Assembly (NCBI RefSeq): GCF_030253515.1
Contig: NZ_CP124549.1
Location: forward strand, 270,001 to 302,000
Direction of reading: 5' to 3'
DNA length: 32,000 nucleotides
Source: Candidatus Nanosynbacter lyticus
GTDB taxonomy: Bacteria > Patescibacteriota > Saccharimonadia > Saccharimonadales > Saccharimonadaceae
Positions 22,739 to 31,898 of this stretch are shown in pieces; the first letter of the stretch is position 1, and every line of letters starts with the position of its first letter. The translations under genes and the position numbers were made by a program. Below the pieces are notes generated by a model that saw only the letters and a program-made list of their open reading frames with translations, ran no database searches and was not told the origin of the DNA.

Positions 22739-25240
22739 TTATCTCTTCCTCGCAACATACTTATGCCATTCGGAGATGACAATTGGGATGATGAATGATA
22801 TCAGGCTGATGACGATCATGTCGCTGAGGGCGACGTGTGCGATGTGGAGGATTTCACCAAGCGGCCCAAAGAAGACCAGGATTTGCAGGACGATAGATAG
22901 GCTCATACCAGCGTAGAAGCTCTTGTTCATGACTTTCAGGCGCTTCAACAGTGACTCGTCATCGGAGCGAGCGTTGAAGGCATTGGCCCACTGGCTGACC
23001 ACTAGGGCGATGAAGGCCATGGTTTGGGCGTATGCATGTCCTTGTCGCTGTTCGAAGAATATGTAAACCGCCAAGGCGATGGCCGACATGGTGCCAGCGA
23101 CGATGACCATCCGCCAGATCATTTGGTGGCTGAGAATCGGTGCGTCGGGGTTTTCGGGCGAGCGGTTCATGGCCTGCTTTTCGCCCGGCTCCAGGCCAAG
23201 CGGAATGACCATCGAGGTGTCGGTCACCAGGTTCACCCAGAGGATTTGCACTGGCTCTAGCGGCGTCTTGATACCGATGAGCAGCGCGCCGAGCATGGTG
23301 ATCAGCTCGCCAGTGTTAGTCGACAGTAGATAAAACAGCATCCGGCGAATGTTGGCGATGATGGTGCGCCCCTCGCGCATGGCGTCGATGATGGTCTTGA
23401 AATTATCGTTGAGCAGAATGATATCGCCAGCGTCTTTGGCGATGTGCGAGCCCGATCCCATAGCCACGCCGACATGGGCATTGGTCAGTGCCGGTACGTC
23501 GTTGACGCCGTCGCCGGTCATGGCGGTGATGTGGTGCTTTTTGAGAATGGTCAGCAGGCGGTATTTTTGCTCGGGGATGACGCGGGAGAAGACTTTGGTT
23601 TTGGTGACGATGGCGTCCAACTGATCATCAGACAACTTGGCCATGTTACGGCAATCAAACACCTCGTCGCGATCCTCGACCATGCCAAGTTCCCGGCCAA
23701 TCTGATAGGCTGTCTCGAAGTGATCGCCGGTGATCATCCGCACCGACACGCCCGCTTTCAGAGCCGCTCGGATAGCCCGCGGCGCCTCTGGTCGCAGCAC
23801 ATCGGCCACGGCCACGAAGCCAGCAAATGTCAGGCGCTGCTTGCCCAGTTGATCAAAGCCAGCAATTGCCTCGTCTAGCTCACCCATCGCCAGCCCAATC
23901 ACTCGGTAGCCGCGGGCGGTCATCTCATCAAGCATCTGCTGGGCACGCTTCTTGGTGCGGGCCGACACGCGACAGGCCGCCAGGATGGCTTCGGGTGCAC
24001 CCTTGACGTACAAGCGAAACTGCCGGCCGTGATGCCAGATGGTGGCGGACATGGCGTGGGCTTGACTGAATGGCAGGTCACGAACTGGCGCGTGGCGCGG
24101 GCTGGCGCTCTGCTTGCGGGCGTATTCATTGAGAGCGATGTCCAGCGGATCGTGGCTCTTGGCGTGAGCGCGGTTGACCGCTAGCCCGATGATGCGGTCG
24201 ATGTTCTCTGTCGCCTCGTCCGGTGTCCAGGTTTGCTGAACGGTCAGTTTGTTCTTGGTCAGGGTACCTGTCTTGTCGGTGGCGATGGTGGTGATGACGC
24301 CGATGGTCTCGATGGCGCGCATCTGATGTACTAGCGCCTTTTTGGCGGCCATCCGCCGCATCCCTAGGACCAACACCACGGAGATCGCAATCGGCAAGCT
24401 CTCCGGCACGGCGCTCACCGCCAGGGCCATGACGAAGCGCAGACTCTCTAGTACATCCATGCCGCGCAGCAAGCTCAGCCCAAAGGCGACGAGGGCGATG
24501 GCCGAGACAGCGGCGATGACTCTGGTGATCAGGGTGTCGATTTTTCGCTGGACTGGGCTTTGGGTCGATTCGCGCTTCGAGAGCATGGCGAGATTACCGA
24601 ACTCGGTCTGATTGCCAGTGGCGACGACCACGCCGGTGCTGGTGCCGCTGACGACGAATGAGCCTTGAAATAGCATGTTGGTTTGCTCGTACATTTCTTT
24701 GGTGCCGGTGAGGGCATCGGTTTGTTTGGAGATCGGTAGTGATTCGCCGGTCAGCTGCGCCTCGTCTACCCGCAAGTTGGTGCTACGAATGAGGCGGATG
24801 TCGGCGGGGACTTTCTCGCCCTCGGCTAGCGAAACGACGTCGCCCGGAACTAGCTGACTGGCGTCGACGCGGGTGGTACGATTGACTCGGTGGACATCAA
24901 CTTTTTGGGCATCGTGGCGCGACAGGCTGCGTAGCACGCGGTCGGTCGAGAATCGCTGAATATAGAAAATAACGGCCGAGATGGCGGCGATGACGAAGAT
25001 AATGATGGCGTCAATGGCCTCGCCGTGCCAGAGGCTGATGATGGCGGCGATGAGCAGGACGAGCATAAAAATGTCGAGGAATGGCTCGAGGATGATGCGC
25101 CAGAGCGGTTCGGATTGGACTTTGATGATATTGAGGCCATAGCGTTTTTGGCGGCGCTGGACTTCGGCCGCGCTCAGGCCGCTACTCGAGGAACCCAGTC
25201 GCCGCAGTACCTCGTCGCTTGATGATTGATAAAAATGCAT
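22739..25240 (-). CDS. P2-type cation-transporting P-type ATPase (Ca2+/Mg2+-ATPase-like)
   Basis: Cation_ATPase_N-like LSAAEVQRRQKRYGLN, then TGES (LTGESLPISK), PADIRL, the phosphorylation site DKTGTLT, MITGDH and TGDGVNDVPAL. There are about 10 transmembrane segments. TATAAT (reverse complement of 25247..25252) lies 6 nt upstream of ATG 25240. Confidence 0.9.
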   Translation of the reverse strand: MHFYQSSSDEVLRRLGSSSSGLSAAEVQRRQKRYGLNIIKVQSEPLWRIILEPFLDIFMLVLLIAAIISLWHGEAIDAIIIFVIAAISAVIFYIQRFSTDRVLRSLSRHDAQKVDVHRVNRTTRVDASQLVPGDVVSLAEGEKVPADIRLIRSTNLRVDEAQLTGESLPISKQTDALTGTKEMYEQTNMLFQGSFVVSGTSTGVVVATGNQTEFGNLAMLSKRESTQSPVQRKIDTLITRVIAAVSAIALVAFGLSLLRGMDVLESLRFVMALAVSAVPESLPIAISVVLVLGMRRMAAKKALVHQMRAIETIGVITTIATDKTGTLTKNKLTVQQTWTPDEATENIDRIIGLAVNRAHAKSHDPLDIALNEYARKQSASPRHAPVRDLPFSQAHAMSATIWHHGRQFRLYVKGAPEAILAACRVSARTKKRAQQMLDEMTARGYRVIGLAMGELDEAIAGFDQLGKQRLTFAGFVAVADVLRPEAPRAIRAALKAGVSVRMITGDHFETAYQIGRELGMVEDRDEVFDCRNMAKLSDDQLDAIVTKTKVFSRVIPEQKYRLLTILKKHHITAMTGDGVNDVPALTNAHVGVAMGSGSHIAKDAGDIILLNDNFKTIIDAMREGRTIIANIRRMLFYLLSTNTGELITMLGALLIGIKTPLEPVQILWVNLVTDTSMVIPLGLEPGEKQAMNRSPENPDAPILSHQMIWRMVIVAGTMSAIALAVYIFFEQRQGHAYAQTMAFIALVVSQWANAFNARSDDESLLKRLKVMNKSFYAGMSLSIVLQILVFFGPLGEILHIAHVALSDMIVISLISFIIPIVISEWHKYVARKR

Positions 25241-25364
25241 ACGGTTATTATAGCGTGAAGTGCTGTTTGGGGGAAATTTGAGGTTCGGGACGTAGCTTGA
25301 AATGGTAGGTAGTCATTGTACCCAGTATAGCTGAGGTTGCTATTCTGCAACAGTTAATTACAGG

Positions 25365-25401
25365 CAAAAAGGTGCGCCTCTGGCTTCTGCCTCGCGCACC
25401 T
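25365..25401 (-). terminator. rho-independent terminator of the ABC transporter operon
   Basis: The minus strand reads AGGTGCGCgaggcagaagccagagGCGCACCTTTTTG. Confidence 0.75.
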
Positions 25402-25495
25402 CTTGCTTGAGATGAGGGTTGTATGGGTTGATCATCGTCGGTCGATTCGGTCACTCCACGTACCGTAAGTGACGTGGGCCGCACCAGGCCTGACG

Positions 25496-26125
25496 CTATG
25501 CTCGTAGCTTCTTATCTTTCAGCTTCAACACCACGTCCGCCTGCTTAGCCAGCTGCTTGCTGTGAGTGACGACGATGACGCATTTGTCATTTTCGTGGGC
25601 GGCACGGCGCAGGATGTCGATGATGTCGGCGGCGGTAGCTTCGTCCAGGTTGCCAGTTGGCTCGTCCGCCAAGATAATCGGTGCATGTGAGACGAGCGCT
25701 CGGCCGATCGCTACGCGCTGTTGCTGACCGCCAGAAAGTTTCATGACATTGCGGTGAATGTGATCGTCGTCCAAGCCCATGGAGTGCAACGTTTCGTTAG
25801 TGGCCTTGGAATTAACCAATTTCAAGTTTTCCAGCGGCGTCAGATAATCAATCAGATTATAATTCTGAAACACCAGCGAGATATTGTGTTTGCGATGATG
25901 CGAATAACCCTGCTCGGCGATGTCTTGGTCGTTGAACAAAATCTGCCCGTCGGTCGGCGTGTCCAGCCCCGCCAGCAGCCCCAGAAGGGTCGACTTACCA
26001 GCACCAGAACTACCGACGATAGCGTAGAACTTGCCCCTTTCAAATTGATAATTGATGCCGTTAAGCACGTTGCTCGTACCGTCGGCGTATGAGTAGATGA
26101 TATCGCGTAACGTAAGTAGTGACAT
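25496..26125 (-). CDS. ABC transporter ATP-binding protein (MacB/LolD-like)
   Basis: Walker A GSSGAGKST, Q-loop, signature LSGGQQQR and Walker B IILADEPTGNLD. The Shine-Dalgarno sequence AGGAG lies 5 nt upstream. Confidence 0.9.
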   Translation of the reverse strand: MSLLTLRDIIYSYADGTSNVLNGINYQFERGKFYAIVGSSGAGKSTLLGLLAGLDTPTDGQILFNDQDIAEQGYSHHRKHNISLVFQNYNLIDYLTPLENLKLVNSKATNETLHSMGLDDDHIHRNVMKLSGGQQQRVAIGRALVSHAPIILADEPTGNLDEATAADIIDILRRAAHENDKCVIVVTHSKQLAKQADVVLKLKDKKLRA

Positions 26126-26133
26126 AATAACTC

Positions 26134-27375
26134 CTAACTTAATTTTGCTAAAATTTGCTTTGGTGATTGGCGCATGATTGGCGCGGTGGCAGCGATGGCT
26201 GACAGCAGAACGACCATGTAGCCGAAGGCGAAAGCCTCTAGGTAGGTCGCTACTGGTGCGGCGTGCACCACGGCCTTTTCTGTGCGCTGGTTTTGGTCGG
26301 TTTGCGCTGTCAGGGCAGTAGAAATTTGCGATGAGGCGACCGAACCGACACCGAGTGCGAACACCGAGCTAACTAGAGCGATGATCGCCAGCTCCGCCAA
26401 GAACTGCCCGATGATCTGCCGCTTCGACGTGCCGATGGACAGCAAGATGCCAATTTCATGCAAGCGGCCGCGCACCCAGAACACCAGTACCAACGACAAA
26501 ACTGCCAGCCCCGCCCCAGCCGCACCGATGGTGGCAATTGTCAAAATGTTTTGAATGCCAGCGATGTTTTGGAGAACTCCGGCAAATACCGCCCCGTTGT
26601 CGGTCAGGCTGAATTTTTTCCAATCGACGTTTGGTAGGCTTTTAGTACGGTCCGTTAACGACTTCAACTGATGTGGATTTTCGGCGAAATACGTCGCCCG
26701 CGTCAACTGCTGGCTACCTGTCAGCTGCTGCGCCGCGGCCAAGTTGGTGATGAGATGATTCTCCGCCATGTCGGACTGTAAGACCGCCGGCTTTTCGCCT
26801 TTGCCGCTGAAGATGCCCATGACAGTCACCGTCACCCGCCGGCCGTCTTTGGTGATGTCCAGCTTGTCGCCTGGCTTGATATTATTTTTCTCAGCGAAGG
26901 TCTTGTGAATGAGGGCTGCGTTTTGATCGTGCGCCCCCAGATGCTTACCCTGCTCCAGTTGGTAAAATCGACCGGTGAACTCGCTAAGCAGATTGCTCTC
27001 TGTCGCGCCCGTCACCTTCGCCTCGCCAGCCACGTTAGCGTCCAGCTGCACGCCGCTGCCTGCCGTGTCGACCAATTGTTTACCCGGCAGTCCCGCAGTG
27101 GTCTCTGCCTGGAAATTGTGCGCTTTGACCTTGTCCAGGCGCTGCACTCGCTGCGCGATATCCATCGGCACCTCGCCCGACGGCTGCTTGCTGGCGATAC
27201 TAAAGCCAGCGCGGATATTCCGTTCAATTGATTGCTTCAGCTGCGCCATCGTTTGCTGCACTGTCAGCGTACCGATCAGCAGCGTGAAAATCAGCGTCAT
27301 GATCAGGGCGATGGTCAGGCTGCGACGCCGTTTGCGCGTCACAGCCGTCCAGGCTCGTTTGATAATCGTCATCAT
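26134..27375 (-). CDS. ABC transporter permease, FtsX/MacB-type
   Basis: An N-terminal transmembrane helix, a large extracytoplasmic domain and three C-terminal transmembrane helices (FtsX-like topology). It is tightly spaced with its neighbours. Confidence 0.75.
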   Translation of the reverse strand: MMTIIKRAWTAVTRKRRRSLTIALIMTLIFTLLIGTLTVQQTMAQLKQSIERNIRAGFSIASKQPSGEVPMDIAQRVQRLDKVKAHNFQAETTAGLPGKQLVDTAGSGVQLDANVAGEAKVTGATESNLLSEFTGRFYQLEQGKHLGAHDQNAALIHKTFAEKNNIKPGDKLDITKDGRRVTVTVMGIFSGKGEKPAVLQSDMAENHLITNLAAAQQLTGSQQLTRATYFAENPHQLKSLTDRTKSLPNVDWKKFSLTDNGAVFAGVLQNIAGIQNILTIATIGAAGAGLAVLSLVLVFWVRGRLHEIGILLSIGTSKRQIIGQFLAELAIIALVSSVFALGVGSVASSQISTALTAQTDQNQRTEKAVVHAAPVATYLEAFAFGYMVVLLSAIAATAPIMRQSPKQILAKLS

Positions 27376-27381
27376 TCGCCC

Positions 27382-28764
27382 CTAGTCCACTTCAGTTAGT
27401 AATTCTTTTGGCGTTGATTGGGTAATTGGTCGAGAGGCCAAGAGCACTGCAATGATAATCACTGCCAGCCCAGCGCCCCACACCGCCAGCAGATCCGTCG
27501 GTTGCATACCAACCGTCACCTTGTCTAGCGTGCGTGATGACGTCACCGAGTCAGCGTCAGCCCCGAGCGACGCACCATTGAGAGAACTGCCAGCTTGACG
27601 TGTGGCATTCTGCGCCGCCTGCGACACCACGTGATCGCCCATTTGTTGGGCAATCAGCCCCGCGGTAAAGTACGATGCGCCGAAACTCAGCACCGCGATC
27701 ATCACTAGCTCAGCGATATATTGCAGCACAATCTTTGACTGCGGCACGCCCGTCGCCAAGAGTACGCCCGCTTCGCGCTTACGCTCGTTCATCCACAAGT
27801 ACAGCACCATGCCGATTACCGCCACGCTGACCAGTGCCGTCGCCCACAACATACCGTCGATCAAGCCGTACACGCTGTTCACCGCACCAGTCACGCCAGC
27901 CAGTTCCTGGCTATTCTTATTCAATTGATACTTTTGCCAATTGACCGGCAATTTATTCGCCCGCGCCATCACCTCATCCAACTGTTTGGTGCCTTTGGTG
28001 AAGAACGTGGCGTCCTGGTAAATCTCATTTTGCGCTGTATAGGCATTCAACTGGCGAGTTGTCGCGAGGTCAGTCAGGAATAAATTCTCAAACAGCTCCA
28101 CCTGATAGGTCGCCTGCTTTGGGTTCTTGCCATTAAATATACCGACGATTTCCACTTCCACCTCGTCCTTGGATGGATGCTCGTTGTCGGTGTCGTATTG
28201 ATTGGCTTTCAGTTTAATTTTACTGCCAAGCTTCAGGTTATTAGCCTTGGCGAAGTCTTCGTGCACCAAGATCTTGTGCGAATCGTTCTCGGTGATGTGC
28301 CGGCCAGCGATGAGCTTGAGTGACTCAGCCCGGAACTTTTTCTCGGACTCAGATTTGTTGACGCCGATGATAGTTGCGGCATTGCCAAACTGTTTGTCTT
28401 TCTGGGCGTCATAGCCGCTGCCACCACTCGGTAGTGGCACCAGTTTGGTATTGATAAAATCAACCGTGGCGTTCTGGCGCTTGACATAGTCCGTCACGCC
28501 CTCCAGATTCTTCACCGCGTCGATGTCTTTGTTCGACACCGTTCCTGAGCCGCGGGCGGTTCCTGGATTGGTACGCGGATTATTGCCCAGCGTAAAGCCG
28601 GCCTTGAGCGTTTTGTCTAGCGACTGCGCTGCCGCGTCGGTCGAATGCTTGATAGCAAATCCACTCAGCATGATCGTCGACATACACAGCAAAATCGCCA
28701 GCAAAATCAGCGTTTTGAGTTTTTTCCTGGTGATATACAACCAGGCACGTTGTATAAATGACAT
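27382..28764 (-). CDS. ABC transporter permease, FtsX/MacB-type (second paralogous subunit)
   Basis: Same topology as 26134..27375 and a similar N-terminus (MSFIQRAWLYITRKKLKTLILLAIL versus IIKRAWTAVTRKRRRSLTIALIM). The Shine-Dalgarno sequence AAAGGAG lies upstream. Confidence 0.75.
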   Translation of the reverse strand: MSFIQRAWLYITRKKLKTLILLAILLCMSTIMLSGFAIKHSTDAAAQSLDKTLKAGFTLGNNPRTNPGTARGSGTVSNKDIDAVKNLEGVTDYVKRQNATVDFINTKLVPLPSGGSGYDAQKDKQFGNAATIIGVNKSESEKKFRAESLKLIAGRHITENDSHKILVHEDFAKANNLKLGSKIKLKANQYDTDNEHPSKDEVEVEIVGIFNGKNPKQATYQVELFENLFLTDLATTRQLNAYTAQNEIYQDATFFTKGTKQLDEVMARANKLPVNWQKYQLNKNSQELAGVTGAVNSVYGLIDGMLWATALVSVAVIGMVLYLWMNERKREAGVLLATGVPQSKIVLQYIAELVMIAVLSFGASYFTAGLIAQQMGDHVVSQAAQNATRQAGSSLNGASLGADADSVTSSRTLDKVTVGMQPTDLLAVWGAGLAVIIIAVLLASRPITQSTPKELLTEVD

Positions 28765-28836
28765 AGATCTCCTTTCTTGATTCTATGTCAGTGTAGCAGG
28801 GGCGTGTGAAGGGAATGTGAAATGGGTGAACTTACT

Positions 28837-29967
28837 CTAGTCCATAACGATTAAACCGCTAGTTGACATTTCGGTCAGTAGTATTGGCAGCAGTTCCTTA
28901 TTCCTAGATAGCGTCAGAGCATACTTCTTCTTGCTGTAGTACAACAGTCCTCTATCTGTTAGTTCTCTTAGTTTTCTTGACCGCCGCCTATCGTTAGCTG
29001 AAGAATTACCGCCGAAAATCATAGAAACATCTCGAGCCTGAATCACGTCTTTTTTAACAGCAACTTCTAAAATTTGCCTTTCTTCGTCAGATAAAGCTTT
29101 TATTTCGGCTGCTCGTTTCAGGGTTGGTAGAATTACTTTCTCAACAACTTCTTTTTTATCGAGGAGCTGCATGGTTCGCTTGATTTCTTCCTTTATTCCT
29201 TCCGCAACATAAAGACACCACTTTTCAAGCAGCGAATCATCTCCTGTTTCTATTCCTCTATCAGCTACACTTAGCATTTCATAATATCGTCTGCGATCAA
29301 CGCAAAAAATTGAAGATGGATTCAATACGGACGCATCGTGAATAAACCCTTTTTGAACCAGCATAGCGTAGGTAAAGAGCCTAGCTACACGGCCGTTTCC
29401 GTTCTCAAAAGGATGAATCAGCGTAAATCTATGATGAGCAAGAGCTATATTGATGATATCAAACTGAGGCGCTTCGCGTATGTTTACTGTGTTCAGCAAG
29501 TCCTCAAGCTCTTCCTTAACCTTCAGATGACTTGTTGTTTTTGCTGAGCTGCCATTAATGATATTATCTCTGGTCTTAAATTGTCCAGGATGTTCCGCGC
29601 CGTCTTTATCAAGAGGTAGATCCTTCACTACAATTTTATGCAGCTCGCGGATCATTGCCAATGTGATGTCATCGCCAGCTTTTATCGTTTCGTCTATAAA
29701 ATTCAGACCTCTACGGATATTCAGAAACTGCTTTACTTCATCAACTTCTTCTTCCTCGCTATTTTCTATCGAGCTAATCGCAGCAGAAACAAGGGTAGTG
29801 TTATTCCCCTCAATCCGTGCGGAGGCGACACTTTCCATAAGATATATAATATTTTTAATATCATAAAATATCCAAGGCGGTGTCGAGCCTTGTATATAAC
29901 GATTGCGCATATTCTCAATCTCAAAAATAGTATTAGTGATAGGAGAATCAAAACGAGGATTTATCAT
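28837..29967 (-). CDS. Fic-family protein (AMPylase-type motif) with an N-terminal inhibitory-helix motif and a C-terminal winged-helix-like region
   Basis: Fic motif HPFENGNGRVARL (HxFx[DE]GNGRxxR) and an N-terminal SARIEGN ([ST]xxxE[GN]). The gene is AT-rich. TATGAT (reverse complement of 29974..29979) lies 6 nt upstream of the ATG. Confidence 0.85.
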   Translation of the reverse strand: MINPRFDSPITNTIFEIENMRNRYIQGSTPPWIFYDIKNIIYLMESVASARIEGNNTTLVSAAISSIENSEEEEVDEVKQFLNIRRGLNFIDETIKAGDDITLAMIRELHKIVVKDLPLDKDGAEHPGQFKTRDNIINGSSAKTTSHLKVKEELEDLLNTVNIREAPQFDIINIALAHHRFTLIHPFENGNGRVARLFTYAMLVQKGFIHDASVLNPSSIFCVDRRRYYEMLSVADRGIETGDDSLLEKWCLYVAEGIKEEIKRTMQLLDKKEVVEKVILPTLKRAAEIKALSDEERQILEVAVKKDVIQARDVSMIFGGNSSANDRRRSRKLRELTDRGLLYYSKKKYALTLSRNKELLPILLTEMSTSGLIVMD

Positions 29968-30315
29968 ACAGATATCATATCAGATTATTTTTCACTAATC
30001 AATAGATGAGGACAAAAATGTACATTTAACACTTTAGAAATACTTATTCTGTCATTATACTTTAGGACAAAATGTCTTAATGGATGATGACATTTTTAGG
30101 TTGTAATTGCTTATTTCTTCTCAAGCTCAGCTTTTGCGGCAATATGCATAGAGATGGTGCTACTTTATGCTGCGATAAATCTGTATAGAATAGTGAAGCT
30201 TAGCTGAGATTCTACTATCAAAAGATTTCATAATACTTTCTCGAGGAAAATAGGCTAGTTGTTCGGTGTCTTAAGTCAGGTATCAGTGACGCTAGCCCAA
30301 GTCACTCGCATCTAT

Positions 30316-31701
30316 TCAGATGAATTTCTCTAATCCAGGGGGATGCGCCCCCTTGCTGTCCTGTTTCTCAACCTCGATGACGTGAACGCCGAGGCGTTCC
30401 TTATGCGGTGGGTAGATCTTGTGAAGGAGGCGAAGCGCCTCTTCTTTGCTTTTCGCCTGCGGCACGATCTGCTGCCATGACTCAGCCGCCAGCATGTCGG
30501 CGAATTTACTGTAGATTCGAATTGACTTGATTCGCACTACACCAGACGCATGTCCGTTTTCGAGCTGTAATAGCTGACCCTCCTTAAGGCGCTTGATGCT
30601 GTTGTAGCCGATACGAACTTCTAAGGTCTTGCGACCCGACATGATTGCGTCATAGTACGGCCGCTTTATACGCATCTTACGCACGGGATCTCCTTTCTGG
30701 AGGCTGAGCCCCCACTGCTGAACAGTGACGTCTGGCGCATAGCCTTCGGGAAACAAGCCTTCAATCATCCAGCCGTGGCGCTGGAGGCAGGCAATCTGCC
30801 ACGGCTCAGGAACAAGGTGGATATACAGCTTGTGACCATAACCGGCTAATAATTGTGGCAAGTTAGCTATCAGTGCTTCGAAAACAGCCTCTGATTTTGC
30901 TACCAGCGGCATGATTTTGATCGGCTGGCCTTTCTTTGGGGTTGCAACGACAACGCCAATAACCTTTCTATCCTGCTCGGCGATGAAAATGAGCTTATAC
31001 TTAGCGTTGACGTCTCGGCTCTCACGCCGTTGGTAGCTAGCAAATAGCGCATCCACCCATGTATCATCCACACCATTAAAGTCACTGCCCACTCGCGATA
31101 GGATCAGTTGGCGCGCCGCTGCAGCGTGCTTTTTCTCGTCAAACGGGACGATTGAAATGCCTGACAAATCAGGAGTTAGACCCTGATTCAGCGGCTTGTA
31201 CAGCATACACTCGTCGATACCGGGTTTATAATGATCTTGCGCCTTGCCGACCAGATGAAATCCTTTGCGCAATAGAAACTTGAGCGTGGCTTGGTTTTGG
31301 GCAGCTACTGTACAGTAGAGTTGCCGAGCGTGGTGTTTGCGAGCAAAATCCTCAGCATGACGAAGCAATTTACTGCCAATGCCAAATTGGCCGCGATATT
31401 CTGGCGCAACGATGAGCGGACTAATTTTAACTGTTCCCTGCTTCTTGCCGACCAGATGAATCATCCCGGCGGGATGATGATTGACTTCTGCAATAAACAT
31501 GTATTGTCCAAGTGAAAACTGCCCGGCAGAATCGACGTTGCCATTGATATGCGTGGTAAAAATCCGCTGTGCATGAGCTTGATGATCGCCATTGTAAAAC
31601 GGCCCAAGTGTTTCTGCCATCAAGTGGGAAACGAAATCAACATCGCCTGTTTTGGCTTTACGGATATCCACAGTGACTGACGATTTCTTATATCGGTGCA
31701 T
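30316..31701 (-). CDS. fusion protein: GNAT acetyltransferase, a second degenerate GNAT-like domain and a C-terminal ASCH (PUA-like) domain
   Basis: GNAT motif A in LIVAPEYRGQFGIGSKLLRHAEDFARK. The second GNAT-like fold lacks Q/RxxGxG/A. The C-terminus RKMRIKRPYYDAIMSGRKTLEVRIGY...GVHVIEVE matches the ASCH pattern (GxKTxExR). Confidence 0.7.
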   Translation of the reverse strand: MHRYKKSSVTVDIRKAKTGDVDFVSHLMAETLGPFYNGDHQAHAQRIFTTHINGNVDSAGQFSLGQYMFIAEVNHHPAGMIHLVGKKQGTVKISPLIVAPEYRGQFGIGSKLLRHAEDFARKHHARQLYCTVAAQNQATLKFLLRKGFHLVGKAQDHYKPGIDECMLYKPLNQGLTPDLSGISIVPFDEKKHAAAARQLILSRVGSDFNGVDDTWVDALFASYQRRESRDVNAKYKLIFIAEQDRKVIGVVVATPKKGQPIKIMPLVAKSEAVFEALIANLPQLLAGYGHKLYIHLVPEPWQIACLQRHGWMIEGLFPEGYAPDVTVQQWGLSLQKGDPVRKMRIKRPYYDAIMSGRKTLEVRIGYNSIKRLKEGQLLQLENGHASGVVRIKSIRIYSKFADMLAAESWQQIVPQAKSKEEALRLLHKIYPPHKERLGVHVIEVEKQDSKGAHPPGLEKFI

Positions 31702-31898
31702 GAGTTTATTGTCTTATACCCTATACAATAATACAAGTTATCTATCGCTATACATGCGTAATTTATGGCTATAGCTAGTCAAATTGGTACAAGTACAGAC
31801 CGTAACCACTACTAAGGCGCGAGACATTCCGCCTTGCGCCGTAAAAGCCGCCCATTGCTTTTGGGTGGTTTATGCTTCTGTTTTGGTGTTGGGGTGTC

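Noticed and set aside
25248-25484. A 78-aa minus-strand ORF between the ABC operon and the P-type ATPase
   Set aside because: The interval contains the ABC operon terminator (25365..25401) and the ATPase promoter region. The ORF spans both and has no start context.
31847-31869. A hairpin GCCGCCCA/TGGGTGGT with a T-rich tail on the plus strand downstream of the GNAT-ASCH promoter region
   Set aside because: The stem needs two G-U pairs, works only on the plus strand and has no plus-strand gene or convincing promoter upstream. The evidence is insufficient for a terminator or sRNA call.
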